A stretch of 63,877 nt of DNA, filler included, from Octopus bimaculoides (taxonomy: Eukaryota): NCBI RefSeq assembly GCF_001194135.2. It is 5 parts of 5 records of this genome, joined end to end, with 100 filler letters (N's around TTAATTAATTAA, not from the genome) between each part and the next. Parts side by side here need not be neighbours in the genome. Positions count along the whole stretch, not along the records: positions 1 to 13,802 come from NC_068997.1; positions 13,903 to 29,101 come from NC_069005.1; 3 more parts are not named here. One strand, written 5' to 3'. Positions 11,050-22,144 of this stretch are shown in pieces. Every line of letters starts with the position of its first letter. The first letter of the stretch is position 1. The notes under the pieces were generated by a model. The model was not told where the DNA came from and searched no databases. It saw nothing but the letters and a program-made list of their open reading frames with translations. The translations under genes were made by a program, and so were the position numbers.

Positions 11050-11330
11050 AGACATCCTTGACAACAGTTGGCGGGTGTGACTGGATAAATGCAATCAGAA
11101 CTCTGAAATATTATGAAGATGGCGTGGAACGTAAGAGAATAATGTCGTGTTGGATAAGAAGAATGACGAATAAAGACACTATGGAGTTGAAACTGGTGGA
11201 ACAGATAAGAATTTAAAAACAGAATACTATTTTGAAGTGCTGAAATGAATTGTAACGTTTATGAAGTGTCTAAATGAAAGTGGTTTGGCTTTTAGAGATG
11301 ATAAGGTGAAGAAGAGATCATCAAACAATG
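11050..11330 (+). mobile_element. degraded RTE-like LINE ORF2 C-terminal fragment
   Basis: One frame reads ..RKRIMSCWIRRMTNKDT.., resembling the RTE 'R.il.i.W...itN.ev' segment. Similarity is weak. Confidence 0.35.
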
Positions 11331-11984
11331 GAAACCTTATGAAGATTATTGTATCTATTGCAGACAGGTTCTAAAAGCTATCCGGTAGCTTGCAAAGAAA
11401 ATCGAACCAACTTTGTTTAGAAGATATAAACAAGATTATGACAATGGGCAAAATAATGCAAGGTTTATAGTGTGATAATGAATGAACATGTATACAAAGC
11501 TATGACCATTTAGTCAATAAAAATGTACGTTTTATGTAAATTGAATCATGTTTGTCATACCTTTGTTTACATTCCCTACAAGTAGATCTTCACTTCATAG
11601 TCAATAGACAGGAAAGCAAAACAGGCGATCTCTAATGATTGTTTCATGAAAGACGAAACTAGTTTGATTTATACTTATTCTAAGCTAGTGAAAGGATTTG
11701 GTTGATCTTTGCACAACGTGCCGCGGAGTGAGATCAAATCTGAAACCGTGTAGCTTCGAAGCAAACTTTATGTAGCCATGCTTGAAGCTATTAATCTGGC
11801 AGCAAGATTTATATTACAAAGAGATGGAGGAATGTGATTCGCCAAGACAAAAAAATGCACCACTAGAGTCAAGTTTAAGAGTTTTCCATCAGGAATTGAA
11901 CGTACGAACTTGTCCTTTGACCTGTAATATTTGCCACCGGAAAGAGACTATTGTCATCTGTTGTTTAAATTCCACTCATTTCTC

Positions 11985-12400
11985 ATCGAGCAGACAAACC
12001 AGTGATCAAAAGCGTTCCAGCCGCGACCAGCTGCCATTATTTAGGCATCGTCTGTTTTCATTTTCCAATATGTTCTTTCCTTTTTAGAGTGGGATTTCAA
12101 GAAAAGTTTAGCCATTCTTAGCAGGTCGAGCGACTATGTAAAGACTTGCTTCAAAGAAAAAAAAATTATCAATTGTTGTTTAGTAAAAGGCCAGCACTGA
12201 CTGAACAGGCCTATGACCAAATGTACTCCAACCCTGACCACCCCGTTTAATTATTTATATTTTTAGATATAGTCTATCTAAAAGCCACATTAATCATTCT
12301 GTTTTCTTATTTTTGTGAGATGTTTGAATGTGGTTTTGTGATTTGAGAGAAATTTCGCTGTTATTTCAAACACTGGTCGAGTGACCTCGCGGAGGCTTCC
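11985..12400 (+). repeat. interspersed repeat family E, two adjacent copies
   Basis: GAGCAGAC..ATGA(T/C)CAAA..TTCCAGCCG(C/T)GACCA..GATTT..GCT(G/A)TTT..AGCAGGTCGAGCGAC. Also seen at 19385-19860, 42085-42280 and 45790-45990 (-). Confidence 0.65.
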
Positions 12401-12627
12401 TTGTTGGTTTGTATATTGTTAGTAGAAACAGACGGTGATTGTGAAGTCGTGAGAAATAGGGGAACCAGCGGAATAGATTACACTCTGCTGCCATTTCTCA
12501 TCTTGAACATTTTATGCGGGAAAATAGCTGCATTTGTTTGGAAAGCGTGATGCGGGTGACACTTGTCCGAAATCTTTCTTTATAAACAGAAGATTTAGTT
12601 CTAGTAAAAAGTGAGTGGCTATTCGTT

Positions 12628-12980
12628 TGTCTTTCATCTTTTCTTTGTTTCAGTCATTAGACTGCGGCCATGCTGGAGCGTCCGCCTCGAAGAATTTTAG
12701 TCGAACGAATCGCCCCCTGTCCATTATGTATCTTTCGGCCTCTTTTGCTGAACCACTAAGTTACGGTGGCGTAAACAAACCAACACAGGTTTCCAAGTGG
12801 TGGTGGGGGACAAACACAAAAACACACACACACATCTACGACGGGAACTTTCAGTTTTCGTCTGCCAAATCCACTCACGCGGCTAAAGTAAAAAAAAACA
12901 TTTGCCCAAAGTGATATGCAGTGGAACTGAACCTGGAACCCTATGGTTTGGAAAGAAACTTCTAACCACACAACCACGCC
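12628..12980 (-). mobile_element. SINE family B
   Basis: TTTCAGTCATTAGACTGCGGCCATGCTGGAGC..CAGTTTTCGTCTGCCAAATCCACTCAC..GCAGTGGAACTGAACCTGGAACC..ACCACACAACCAC. Confidence 0.85.
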
Positions 12981-13194
12981 TGAACTTATATTCCTCACTA
13001 TTTTCACGCCATAAACGCGATATTGAAAAGACAGTGCAAGCAGGCTTAGAATATAAGACGAGGAATTAAGGGATCAGATTGATGATTGTAGTGTAGGATC
13101 AAGGGTTGTGGGTTAAGCATACGAAATCACAATTTTATTTTCTCATTTAATTTTCATTTTTCTCTCTTTTATTTCAATTGTTTTTTTCTTATAG

Positions 13195-13536
13195 AACCGG
13201 AACCAATCGGACAAGAAAAATACTCTGCAAGAATCCAAAAAACTAATGACGACACTTTTCTCGCTGTTCGTTGTGTTTGCTATATGTTGGCTGCCCTATG
13301 CTTTCATTGCCCTGACCGACGTCTACGACACTTTTGACCCTCTCGTGCATATCTATTCAGTAACATTTGCACACATGAATTCCTGTCTCAATCCAGTGGT
13401 CTACGTTACCAACAACGAGCATTTCCGGAAGGCTTTCAAGAAAATCGTCTTGTTTCAGTGCAGATATGAGCAACGAAAGGTGGCCAACTGTTCTATACAA
13501 GAGACTCAACTGTACTCCATCACTAAAAATGGATGA
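13195..13536 (+). CDS. class A GPCR (melatonin-receptor-like), last coding exon (ICL3-TM6-TM7-helix 8-C tail)
   Basis: A long polypyrimidine acceptor ends TTCTTATAG, in phase 0 as required after 8175. Translates as NRNQSDKKNTLQESKKLMTTLFSLFVVFAICWLPY..FAHMNSCLNPVVY..FRKAFKKI..KNG*, with CWxP and NPxxY. Confidence 0.95.
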   Translation, partial: NRNQSDKKNTLQESKKLMTTLFSLFVVFAICWLPYAFIALTDVYDTFDPLVHIYSVTFAHMNSCLNPVVYVTNNEHFRKAFKKIVLFQCRYEQRKVANCSIQETQLYSITKNG

Positions 13537-13584
13537 AATTACAACTGTAGCCGTACTACCACCACCATCACCACAACCACACCA

Positions 13585-13585
13585 C

Positions 13586-13641
<56 letters not shown>

Positions 13642-13801
13642 GTAATCATCATTAGTGTTTCTACTGCTTAAACCACCCCCGTCTTTGTCACTGCCACTAT
13701 CACAAACATTGCCACTACTACGGGATCATTATCTCCTCATAATCATTACCCATTATCATCATCAGCAGCAGCAGCAGCCCCACCACCACCACCACCGCCA
13801 C
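13585..13801. repeat. (CTA)n followed by (CAT/CAG/CAC)n trinucleotide tracts in the probable GPCR 3' region
   Basis: Directly visible. Confidence 0.9.
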
Positions 13802-13902
13802 CNNNNNNNNNNNNNNNNNNNNNNNNNNNNNNNNNNNNNNNNNNNNTTAATTAATTAANNNNNNNNNNNNNNNNNNNNNNNNNNNNNNNNNNNNNNNNNN
13901 NN
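13802..13902. other. assembly spacer N..TTAATTAATTAA..N (also near 29147, 47959 and 54459)
   Basis: The same 12-mer, which gives stops in all six frames, sits inside four separate ~100-bp N runs. Confidence 0.9.
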
Positions 13903-13904
13903 AT

Positions 13905-14152
13905 ATACACATATATATTTGTGTGTGCCTTTGTGTCTGTGTTTGTATCCCCATCACTGCTTGACAACTGGTGTTGGCGTCTTTACATACCCGTAACTTA
14001 GCGATTTGGCAAAAGAGACTGATAGAATAAGTACTAGGCTTAAAAACAAAAAAGTCTTGGGGTCAATTTGTTCGACTAAAACCCTTCAAAGTGGTGCTCC
14101 AGCATGGCTGCAGTCAGATGACTGAAACAAGTAAAAGAAAAGAATAAAAGAA
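13905..14152 (+). mobile_element. SINE family B, 3' half (5' half lost in the gap)
   Basis: GCTTGACAACTGGTGTTGGCGTCTTTACATACCCGTAACTTAGCG..GTGGTGCTCCAGCATGGCTGCAGTCAGATGACTGAAACAAGTAAAAG. Confidence 0.85.
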
Positions 14153-14444
14153 TATAGGCACAAGGTGTTTATTTTCTTGATCCTGAAAGGACAAAAGGTA
14201 AAAGTCTCCCTTGGTGGAATTTGAACTCAGAATGTAAAGCCAGAAAAACTGTTGTCAGCCCTTTTGTTACCATATTTGTCTTGAAATAAATCCTCTTTAT
14301 TTCAATTAACTTTGAAAATAATGAAGAATTGACTAAAATATCTTTGTCATTACTAAGCTGGCCGGTCTTGGGCAGGTCGGTATCAAAAGAGTTAAGTATT
14401 TTGTCTGGCATGCTAATGATTCTGCCAGCCTGCCGTCTCCAGCT

Positions 14445-14482
14445 TAGTAGTAGTAATAGTAGTAGTAGTAGTAGTAGTAGTT

Positions 14483-14520
<38 letters not shown>

Positions 14521-14521
14521 T

Positions 14522-14561
<40 letters not shown>

Positions 14562-14582
14562 CAGCAGCAGTAGCAGCAACAA
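14445..14582. repeat. (TAG)n microsatellite
   Basis: Directly visible. Confidence 0.97.
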
Positions 14583-14733
14583 CGACGACAGTATCTTGTA
14601 ATCCTTCTCTAATTTTTAGTGGTTAGTGTGAACAATAATCTTATGTTGTACAAATTGTTTTTTTCCCTCCTATAATGATAAATGCGTACATTGAATGCAT
14701 AATACATATTGTTACTTATTCCAGGATACTGTA

Positions 14734-14777
<44 letters not shown>

Positions 14778-14989
14778 AAGCACTGAGCTTAGAAAGATCT
14801 GTGTTTCTTTGGCAATTGTTTAAAAAATATGAGGACAAATTCATAACAAAATCTCCAAGGACTTACATATGTCTGAGGACTTACATAAGCTGCCTGATTC
14901 TATACCATCAGGCCCATAGGTACCTTTGATAGAAACTACTTTACAATCAAGCTCCTGTCAGGAGGTTTCCATGACCTCTCAACATTATA

Positions 14990-15400
14990 TCACCTTTTAC
15001 ACTTCCTTAAGAGACCTAAAACTAGAACTGAACCCACAGGTCTATTCTGTCTCTTATTCTCTACTAATATTGTAGACTCTGATCTAATCTAGACCCTGCA
15101 CATCATTTAAAACAAACTATTCTTACTTAAAACAAACTATTCTTACATAAAACAAACTACACATCCTATTTTTCTCTGATGCGTAAATTTTAGACTTTGT
15201 CCATTATTCATCTCTGATGCCTAGACTGCAATCTTAACTCACACCTCAGTCCAATATATAACATCAGTGCATGTCTAGATTCTACTCGCTTTGCAGTTAT
15301 CTCTCATCTGGATATTAGCAACAATGACTTCCATTTACTCTGGTTTGAAGTCTCCCTTCTTCTCCAACTCCTCCAAATACATCTGCTTCCTCTACTACTC
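14990..15400 (+). mobile_element. degraded CR1/Jockey-group LINE, AP-endonuclease region
   Basis: The broken frames resemble the N-terminal APE domain (..LFCLLFSTNI.., ..FHLLWFEV..YICFLY). Further APE-like sequence (YHLLQLVNKFPT) occurs at about 16240-16400. Confidence 0.4.
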
Positions 15401-15404
15401 ATAC

Positions 15405-15668
15405 TCAAAGAAGTATGAGAAATATGTCAAAGAAATTGGAATTGTCATGAGAGCAGAGTAAGCCCCAAAAAACTGCTCTGGTGGGGACAGCTAGGATTTT
15501 GAGATTGGTACTTGGATGTTGAATGTCTCCCGTAATAATTAACAACCAAGTATCAAAGCCTGCAATGTGCAGGAAGAGAATCCTGTGAGACCTCTGACAG
15601 AAGGCTGCTGTCCTCTCACAGAATCTACCAGAACAAACAAGACCGAATGTTCCGAGAAGTAAAACAAC
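15405..15668 (+). mobile_element. R4/Dong-clade non-LTR element, 3' end
   Basis: Translates as ..EKYVKEIGI..KTALVGTARILRLVLGC*, the C-terminal motif of RLE-type elements. It is followed by a 3' UTR and (TAC)n/(TAA)n. Confidence 0.75.
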
Positions 15669-15670
15669 AA

Positions 15671-15702
<32 letters not shown>

Positions 15703-15721
15703 ATATTAATAATAATAATAA

Positions 15722-15966
15722 TAAAAATAGTTTCAAATTTTGCTACAAGGGCACCAATATTGGGGAAGGATGAGTTGATTACACTGACCCCAGTGTTCAA
15801 CTGGTACTTATTTTATCGACCCTGAAAGGATGAAAGGCAAAATCGACCTCGGTGGAATTTGAACTCAGAACAGAGGGACAGGCGAAATGCTGCTAAGCAT
15901 TTCATCCATCTTTACATTCTGAGTTCAAATTCTGGTCTACTAACGATACTGCCAGCTTCCTGCCTT
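15722..15966 (-). mobile_element. SINE family A
   Basis: CCCAGTGTTCAACTGGTACTTATTTTATCGACCCTGAAAGGATGAAAGGCAAAATCGACCTCGGTGGAATTTGAACTCAGAAC. Confidence 0.85.
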
Positions 15967-16559
15967 AACAACAACAACAACAACAATAATAAATAACTTA
16001 TAATATAGGGGGCCAGAGATTTTGATGGCCGGAACATTTGATTGAATTTCTGATTGATCTTGTTGCCATTCTATGGGGAAAGAATGGCATTTTTAAGGTT
16101 TTGATAAAAAAAAAACAAAAAGAAAAAAGTTTCTTCCATTGAGTGAAGAGCTGGATTATACAAAAAAAGAAGAAAGCCTTCTGATGCCCACAAACAGCAG
16201 TAAATGAAAATCAATGATATGGTTGCTAACACTGGATGGCAACTCATTAAGACTACCGACTAGTTTCCTTCTAATCTCAAAGTCAACACTTCTCTCATTT
16301 ATCATCTACTACAACTGGTCAACAAGTTTCCTACCTGCAACAACTGCAACCCATTTCAATTACCTGCTCCTGACTATCAGTCTCTGAAAGGATAACCATA
16401 TCTATTTAGTATCAGTCAAAATCTACTGCAACAAAAGCAGTACGATATTTAAGTCTGTTGCGTTTTTCATCAGACAGTAGTAGGGTTCGCATATTCCAGT
16501 AACACAACTGTAGACATGCCCATTGCTGGAGAAAATTGAGAAGTTGTCAATGAGAAGAG

Positions 16560-17454
16560 AATTCAGAATTATAGTTGAGTTTTTATCCTTATTGATGGTG
16601 AGAGCAGCGAGGTGTGGATGTGCATAGAAAGGAGGCTGCTAAATTAGGAGAAGGTCTGGGAGAAAGAGGGTCTATCCTAATACAGATCTAAAACAGGGAC
16701 CTGGCATTCAAACAACAATATGGTAGATCAGTGGTTCTCGACCACGGTCCATATAAGATGTTGTGGGATCCACATAAACAATTGGGGATCGACAGTAGTA
16801 TTTTATGGGTTTGTGAAAAATTTTTGCTTTAATTGTATTTATTGCAAGAAACAACTAAGTTTCTTTTTCTAATGCTTAGCATAGTTCAACATGTTTCTGG
16901 CCACTGAAATATGTTCCTTTACACAAGTGCAAAATGTTCACCTATACAAGTGAATGTGTGAAAAACAGATTAAGAATTTTGAAAGCAACATCTATAAAAC
17001 TAGTTTTCAAATATCGAATGGCTATGGGGGTCCACAAGAGTAAAATAATAATCTAAAGGATTCGTAGGTAAAACGTGGTTGAGAAACACTGTGAAAGATA
17101 GAGTAATTAGGAATGTGAAGACAAGAAAAGCGACAAGTCCTTTAGGAATCACTGCCAAAGTGCTTAAAATGGCTATTGGAGTAGTCAACAACATAGTTAA
17201 TCAGGTGAGTGAAGATGGCACCACATCTAATGGTTAACACAGCAGCATCATTGTCAACTGCTACAAAGGCAAAGGATAGCTTTAGAGGGAGATAGTCTTA
17301 AACTATTGGACTAGGTTACAGGTGTTAGTAAAAATCTCAGAAAGAGTTAGAACACAACTAATTCGAAAAAGAATTAACCAAGTTGAAGTGCAGTTTGGCT
17401 TTGTGACTAGAAGTAGTACTACTGATGCCACCTTCCAAGAGAGGTTATTGCAGG
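16560..17454 (+). mobile_element. RTE-clade LINE RT fragment, interrupted by a hAT MITE and a hAT element; resumes at ~18789-18830
   Basis: Broken frames read ..IIVNCYKGKG.., ..VKISERVRTQLIRKRINQVEVQFGFVTRSSTTDATFQERLL. After the hAT insertion the frame continues RKP*YLAFINPKK, consistent with the RTE QFGF..STTDA..LYLAFVD.EK segment. Confidence 0.8.
16729..17091. mobile_element. hAT (Charlie-like) MITE
   Basis: TIRs CAGTGGTTCTCGACCACG / CGTGGTTGAGAAACACTG. The 8-bp flanks TGGTAGAT and TGAAAGAT match at 6 of 8. Confidence 0.85.
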
Positions 17455-18780
17455 CATGGCCAGTTTTAAGCCAATTAGACAGATTTGTTGAAATTGGGCC
17501 CTGCACCAAGAGTTGGCCCCACACCGAGAGAGGGCCTTACATAGAGAGGAGCTGTGCACAAGCTTGAACAGAGGATGCTATGATGAATTAAACCCTTTGG
17601 CAGTATTAAGTGAGAATATCCACACAATTCTTTTTATCTTTTTGTGCGACAAGTGGATTTACCCCATGACTTTAGAAAAAAACCCATCCTATTTTACTGC
17701 GATATTTATTTCCCTGCGAAATGAATGCCTGGCAATGTCTGACAGGCAGGACATCATAATCAGCTAAGCTCAGCTCAGCTATTCAGCCTTTAAAGTCTCG
17801 ATTTCAACAGCTTAAAAGTTACATAAAAATTATCTGGATTTTTAAATAACTTCTGGAGCTTACTGTTGTGTGGAAGTAGAATACCCCTATTAGTTGGCTC
17901 CTAATGGACTGTGCCACAATATAAATGGACGTACACAGAGAGCCTTCAGGAGAGAGTAAAGCTGAGAGTTGCATATTGTTGAGGGTTATTACCAATATCT
18001 TGAGGAGAACAATTTGCGAGGACATTATTATTATCCCGTTATATCGTATGTTGAACATGTGATACAACACTTACAAAAGGCAGAAATTAGGAAGCACACA
18101 GCAGTCCTTAAGGCACCTTTACCTGAAACCACACTAATACATAGCAGTGACAGAGCTGGTAGTTATAGAAACAACTAAAGACATACATGGTTATCTGTTG
18201 GCTGAAGAGATTCAATCTCTAAAAACTTTCTTTTTTTCAATGGCATTAAGCCTCAATCTCTGCTTGAATACCTGGCAACAAACAATCAATTCACAGCATT
18301 TCCTAATGGTTTTATTGCTTTGAGGATTTACTAAACTATGCCTGGAACAGTTGCATCAGGTGAAAAAAGTTTTTCAAAACTGAACCTGATAAAAACACCT
18401 ACGGTCAGCAATTTCACAAGTGAGACTAAATAATTTGGCAATATTATCTTTAGAAAATGACAATACAAAAACCATTGACTTTGAAATGATTTTGAAAGAC
18501 TTCTCAGATGAAAAAGCCAGAATAGCCTGTTTTTAGAAGGCCTATTCACAAACAGTATGTTACTAATTATATTGACTTGTAATGTAACATTAAAACTTTT
18601 ATTGAGCTTTCAATTTTTAGTATATCATGTGGCTAATGGTGGAGTTTCAAGCCCTCGAAGTTTTTGGCTGGGACTGGCGTACTACGCTAAGTATAAAACA
18701 TCAATCTTCTGCTTTTGTAGAGTAGGGGGCCCCCACTGACAATTCTCTAATTGGGCCTGCACTTCCTAGTGCCAGCCCTG
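17455..18780 (+). mobile_element. hAT DNA transposon, internally deleted, with transposase dimerisation-domain relic
   Basis: TSD ATTGCAGG (17447-17454) / ATTGTAGG (18781-18788); ends CATGGCCAG..GCCAGCCCTG. The region 18290-18540 translates as FPNGFIALRIY*TMPGTVASGEKSFSKLNLIKT..YLRS..RLNNLAILSLE..IDFEMILKDFSDEKAR. Confidence 0.85.
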
Positions 18781-19384
18781 ATTGTAGGAGGAAGCCATAA
18801 TACCTGGCATTTATTAATCCTAAGAAGTCTTTTATTAGGTTTTTCTACTCTGGTGGTTCTGGTGGGTGGCAGGGCAAGGTGGTTGGGGCAAATGGGTTGT
18901 GAGAACTATTTTTACAGAGTACTGGGTACATTTTTTTCTCAATATCAACATTAGATGCTGCCTTTCCTACTCTGGAAAAGCCATTGAAAATTCAAACGAG
19001 TGAATGGACATGTGTGGATATGTGGATATGTGTGGATATGTGGATATGTGTGGATATGTGCATGTGTGCCTCTGTGTGTGTGTGTGCGTGCGTGTGTGAA
19101 TGCTTGTGTGTTTGCATGTATGAGTGTGTATGTGTCTGTGCTTGCATGTGTGTGTGTGTATGTGTTTGTCTTTATGCTTATCTTTATGTTGACACTGCTT
19201 GAAAAGACACAGTCTTTGTGGTTTATATCCTGTAACATAGCAGTGTGATAATCATTGACTGATAAAATAAGTACCAGGGTGGAAATGACTGACCTAAAAT
19301 CTTTCAGTATGACCACAGTCTAGTAACTGAAGCAATTTGAAGTATAAAAAAGTGTATCAATTGTAAACACAGGCTGGCTGTAAA

Positions 19385-19860
19385 AAAAAAAGACAATCTG
19401 ACCCTGACCATCAAATCTGTTTTTATTTCATGATATATCCAATGGGTGCTTTCCTTAAGACATTATAGTAATTCGGAGAGGGGGAGGGATTTGGCTGCTA
19501 TTTCTAGCGTATCAATCGAGGCTATCTGGTTAACAAGTTAGCTTTGCTGCCACACACACACACACAAAAGACAATCTGATCATGACCATCAAGTCTGTTT
19601 TTATTTCATGATATATTGTATCTAGAACCACTTTATTCAATATGTCCTTTCGTTTTTAAGACATTATAAAGTGGTTTGGCAGCAGGGGGAATCGAGCTGC
19701 TGTTTCTAGCATGTTGATTGATCCATATAAAGGCTATATGGTTAACATGTTCGCTTTGTCCAATATATCCTTTTCCTTTTAAAGACATTATAAGGTAATT
19801 TGGAGGGAAATCCGGATGCTATTTCTAGCATGTCGGTTGAACCATATAGGAGCTATATAG
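19385..19860 (+). repeat. family E repeat, three tandem partial copies
   Basis: GACAATCTGA(C/T)C(C/A)TGACCATCAA(A/G)TCTGTTTTTATTTCATGATATAT occurs twice, and TAAGACATTATA..GCTGCT(A/G)TTTCTAGC occurs three times. Confidence 0.75.
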
Positions 19861-20528
19861 TTCAAAAGCAATGAAGTGCTAAAAGTTTTTGAAAAAGAAA
19901 ACTATTCGATACAATATATAGTTTTAAACAAATCTTATCTTAGCACCTGTGTTTCTGAATGTACGTGTGAGTGTGTGTGTGTGTTTTGTATGTATGTATA
20001 CGTATAGTGCATGTGTATATGTATAAGTGTGTTGCTGAGTCTCTATACATAGATTAGGGAGAAATGATTTAGTCGCTATTTGAACAGGCATTATCCTCAG
20101 TAAGTAGAATACAATAAGACATGAGATAAGATAAGAAAGAAGTTGCATGCGTTGTAATAGTTAATCTTTCCATGGTTAGTTACAATCACAAGAACAAAGG
20201 TTTTTTTTTTAACCAGGCACCAATAAAGGAACCTCTATGCAGCTCTTACAAGCTGCAAGAAAGAGCAGCCAAAACTCTATTTAATCACAAAAAACTGCAT
20301 AACAAAAGACAGGAAGGATAAATTGTATAATTTCAGGGTGAGATCTAGAATCTAAAGGAATTCATATCTATGTTAGGAAAATTAGTATCAGTAATTTCAG
20401 GAGATTTCTTTGGGTGTTAATTGGATGATTACTGTGAAGAGCAGAGCATGCTGATATTAAGGCCTGTGGGCTTTTATCTGTGTTGATGTATAACATAGTA
20501 TTCATCCTCAGTCCCGACCACAGATTAC

Positions 20529-20626
20529 CTATGTCCAACCTGCAGGTGCCTGTGTGTGCAGAGCCACATGCATTCTCACTACTGGCTGCTGAGACACAGA
20601 CTCCGTCTTCCTCGGAGATCAATGGA
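20529..20626 (-). CDS. candidate internal coding exon of an unidentified - strand gene
   Basis: Acceptor TTTTTTTATTCATCCTTGGTAG and donor ATAG|GTAATC; 98 nt of unique, non-repeat sequence. Enters in phase 2, compatible with the exon at 45018-45295, and reads (T)PLISEEDGVCVSAASSENACGSAHTGTCRLDI(G). Confidence 0.45.
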
Positions 20627-20759
20627 CTACCAAGGATGAATAAAAAAACAGGATACATTGGATAATGCAGTTCTAAATAGATTAATTCATAATGAGAAAT
20701 ACTGACATGTAGTCAAACTATTAAACATCCAAATATCCAAAAACTGTCGAAGAAGATTG

Positions 20760-21025
20760 GCTTGCAAATGTCTTGTGCCAGTGCCACGTAAAAGCACTCA
20801 TTTTGGCACTGTGTAAAAGTGCTCATGCTGGTGCCACATTAAATTCACCCAGCACACACTGTAAAGTGGTTGGCATTAGTTAGGACATCCAGTTGTTGAA
20901 CCCAAGCCAAATCAGACTGGAACCTGATGCAGCTCTCCTGCTTGCCAGCCCTGGTCAAACTGTCCAACCCATGCCAGCGTGGAAAATAGACGTTAAAGGA
21001 CAACGATGATGATGATGATGATTGC
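20760..21025 (+). mobile_element. SINE family C with RTE-type 3' tail
   Basis: GTGCCACGTAAAAGCAC units, then CCAACCCATGCCAGCGTGGAAAATAGACGTTAAAG-(GAT)n. Confidence 0.8.
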
Positions 21026-21649
21026 AAAGTCTTATGTTATTTTTTTTTTTGTAATGTGTTTCACATCTTCATATCAGCAACGTTTTCTTTAACCAACTTT
21101 TCTTCTGCAGAACACCAACTCTTTGGTATATCTCTTTTCTCTGCCTAATTTTCTTTCCCATAGACATTGGTTTTTTAAATGGATCTTACTCTCACCAAGT
21201 GTTTGTTATCACTCATGCCAAAAGCACATCCTAACTAGGACCAGTGCTGGATGAACCTTTAAGCAAGATAAGCATGTGCTTAGAGCATCAAAAGAAGGTG
21301 GGTACCACAGAAATGGTAAATGGTTTACAGCACAAAAGAAATCACTTTAAACTTGCTCAAATAATATTCAAAGTGATTTATATGATAGGAAATATAATTT
21401 CGAAGTGTTTATGGTGTTATAGTGAGGGTCTGATCAAAAGACTTAGGGGAAAACTTATCAAATATAAATGAAGTGGAAGTATCCAAAGATAAGCATTATT
21501 TTCCATCTTACTGTTAGTCTTGTTTAATTAAGAAAAACATAAATTTGTTTTAAGGTTTATTATTGTTTATATTTTGAATTACATATACATATGGGGGAAC
21601 CAAAATCTTTTAGGTGCTTAGGGCCTCTATGGGACTTAATCTGGCCCTG

Positions 21650-22110
21650 ACTAGAATCCCTGGCTGGTCCTTCTCTTCAGGGCCAGAACATATCTCAGAC
21701 AATTATTGATGCCTTGCAAAGCCTAAGTGAGGACTATAATGAAGTATTGCACTCACATCTGCACAGTGCCATGGTGGAATATACAGACATCTTAGACTGC
21801 ATCCCAAAACCTTAAAAAGAACCATCTGAACGACTGACATAAAGTCACTCTCAGGCATGCTCTAACCCCTACACCACAAGTGTGCAGTCTCCACTCTCAT
21901 GCTACCTCACTTAAGCATTCCCAACTTATATGTCTTACCTTCACTCATCACTTTTATTGTGCTTAACACCCTAGGCTCCTCACTAATTATTATGCCCAGT
22001 CCTTCCTTCCCAAAATATTGGCCCTCTGAATTCTCCCCCTTTGCTCATATATTCCCCACAAGTGTTAATTTACAAAGACTCAAAGACAACATTAATGGCA
22101 TCAATCTTGC
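21650..22110 (+). mobile_element. degraded CR1/Jockey-group LINE, ORF2 3' end
   Basis: Broken frames read ..EYC(T)HIC.., ..TNYYAQSFLP.., ..HIFPTSVNLQRLKDNINGINL, resembling 'SFFP.T..LWNSLP..VFP..YNL..FK..IN'. Confidence 0.6.
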
Positions 22111-22144
22111 TGGTCTAGGAGGGTCAGATCCAGTAAGTAAAAAT

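Noticed and set aside
7757-13536. GPCR as an opsin
   Set aside because: Position 7.43 is His (FAHMNSCLNP), not the retinal-binding Lys.
13847-13858. TTAATTAATTAA recurring four times (PacI-like palindrome)
   Set aside because: It is always embedded in ~100-bp N runs. It is an assembly spacer with stops in all six frames, not biology.
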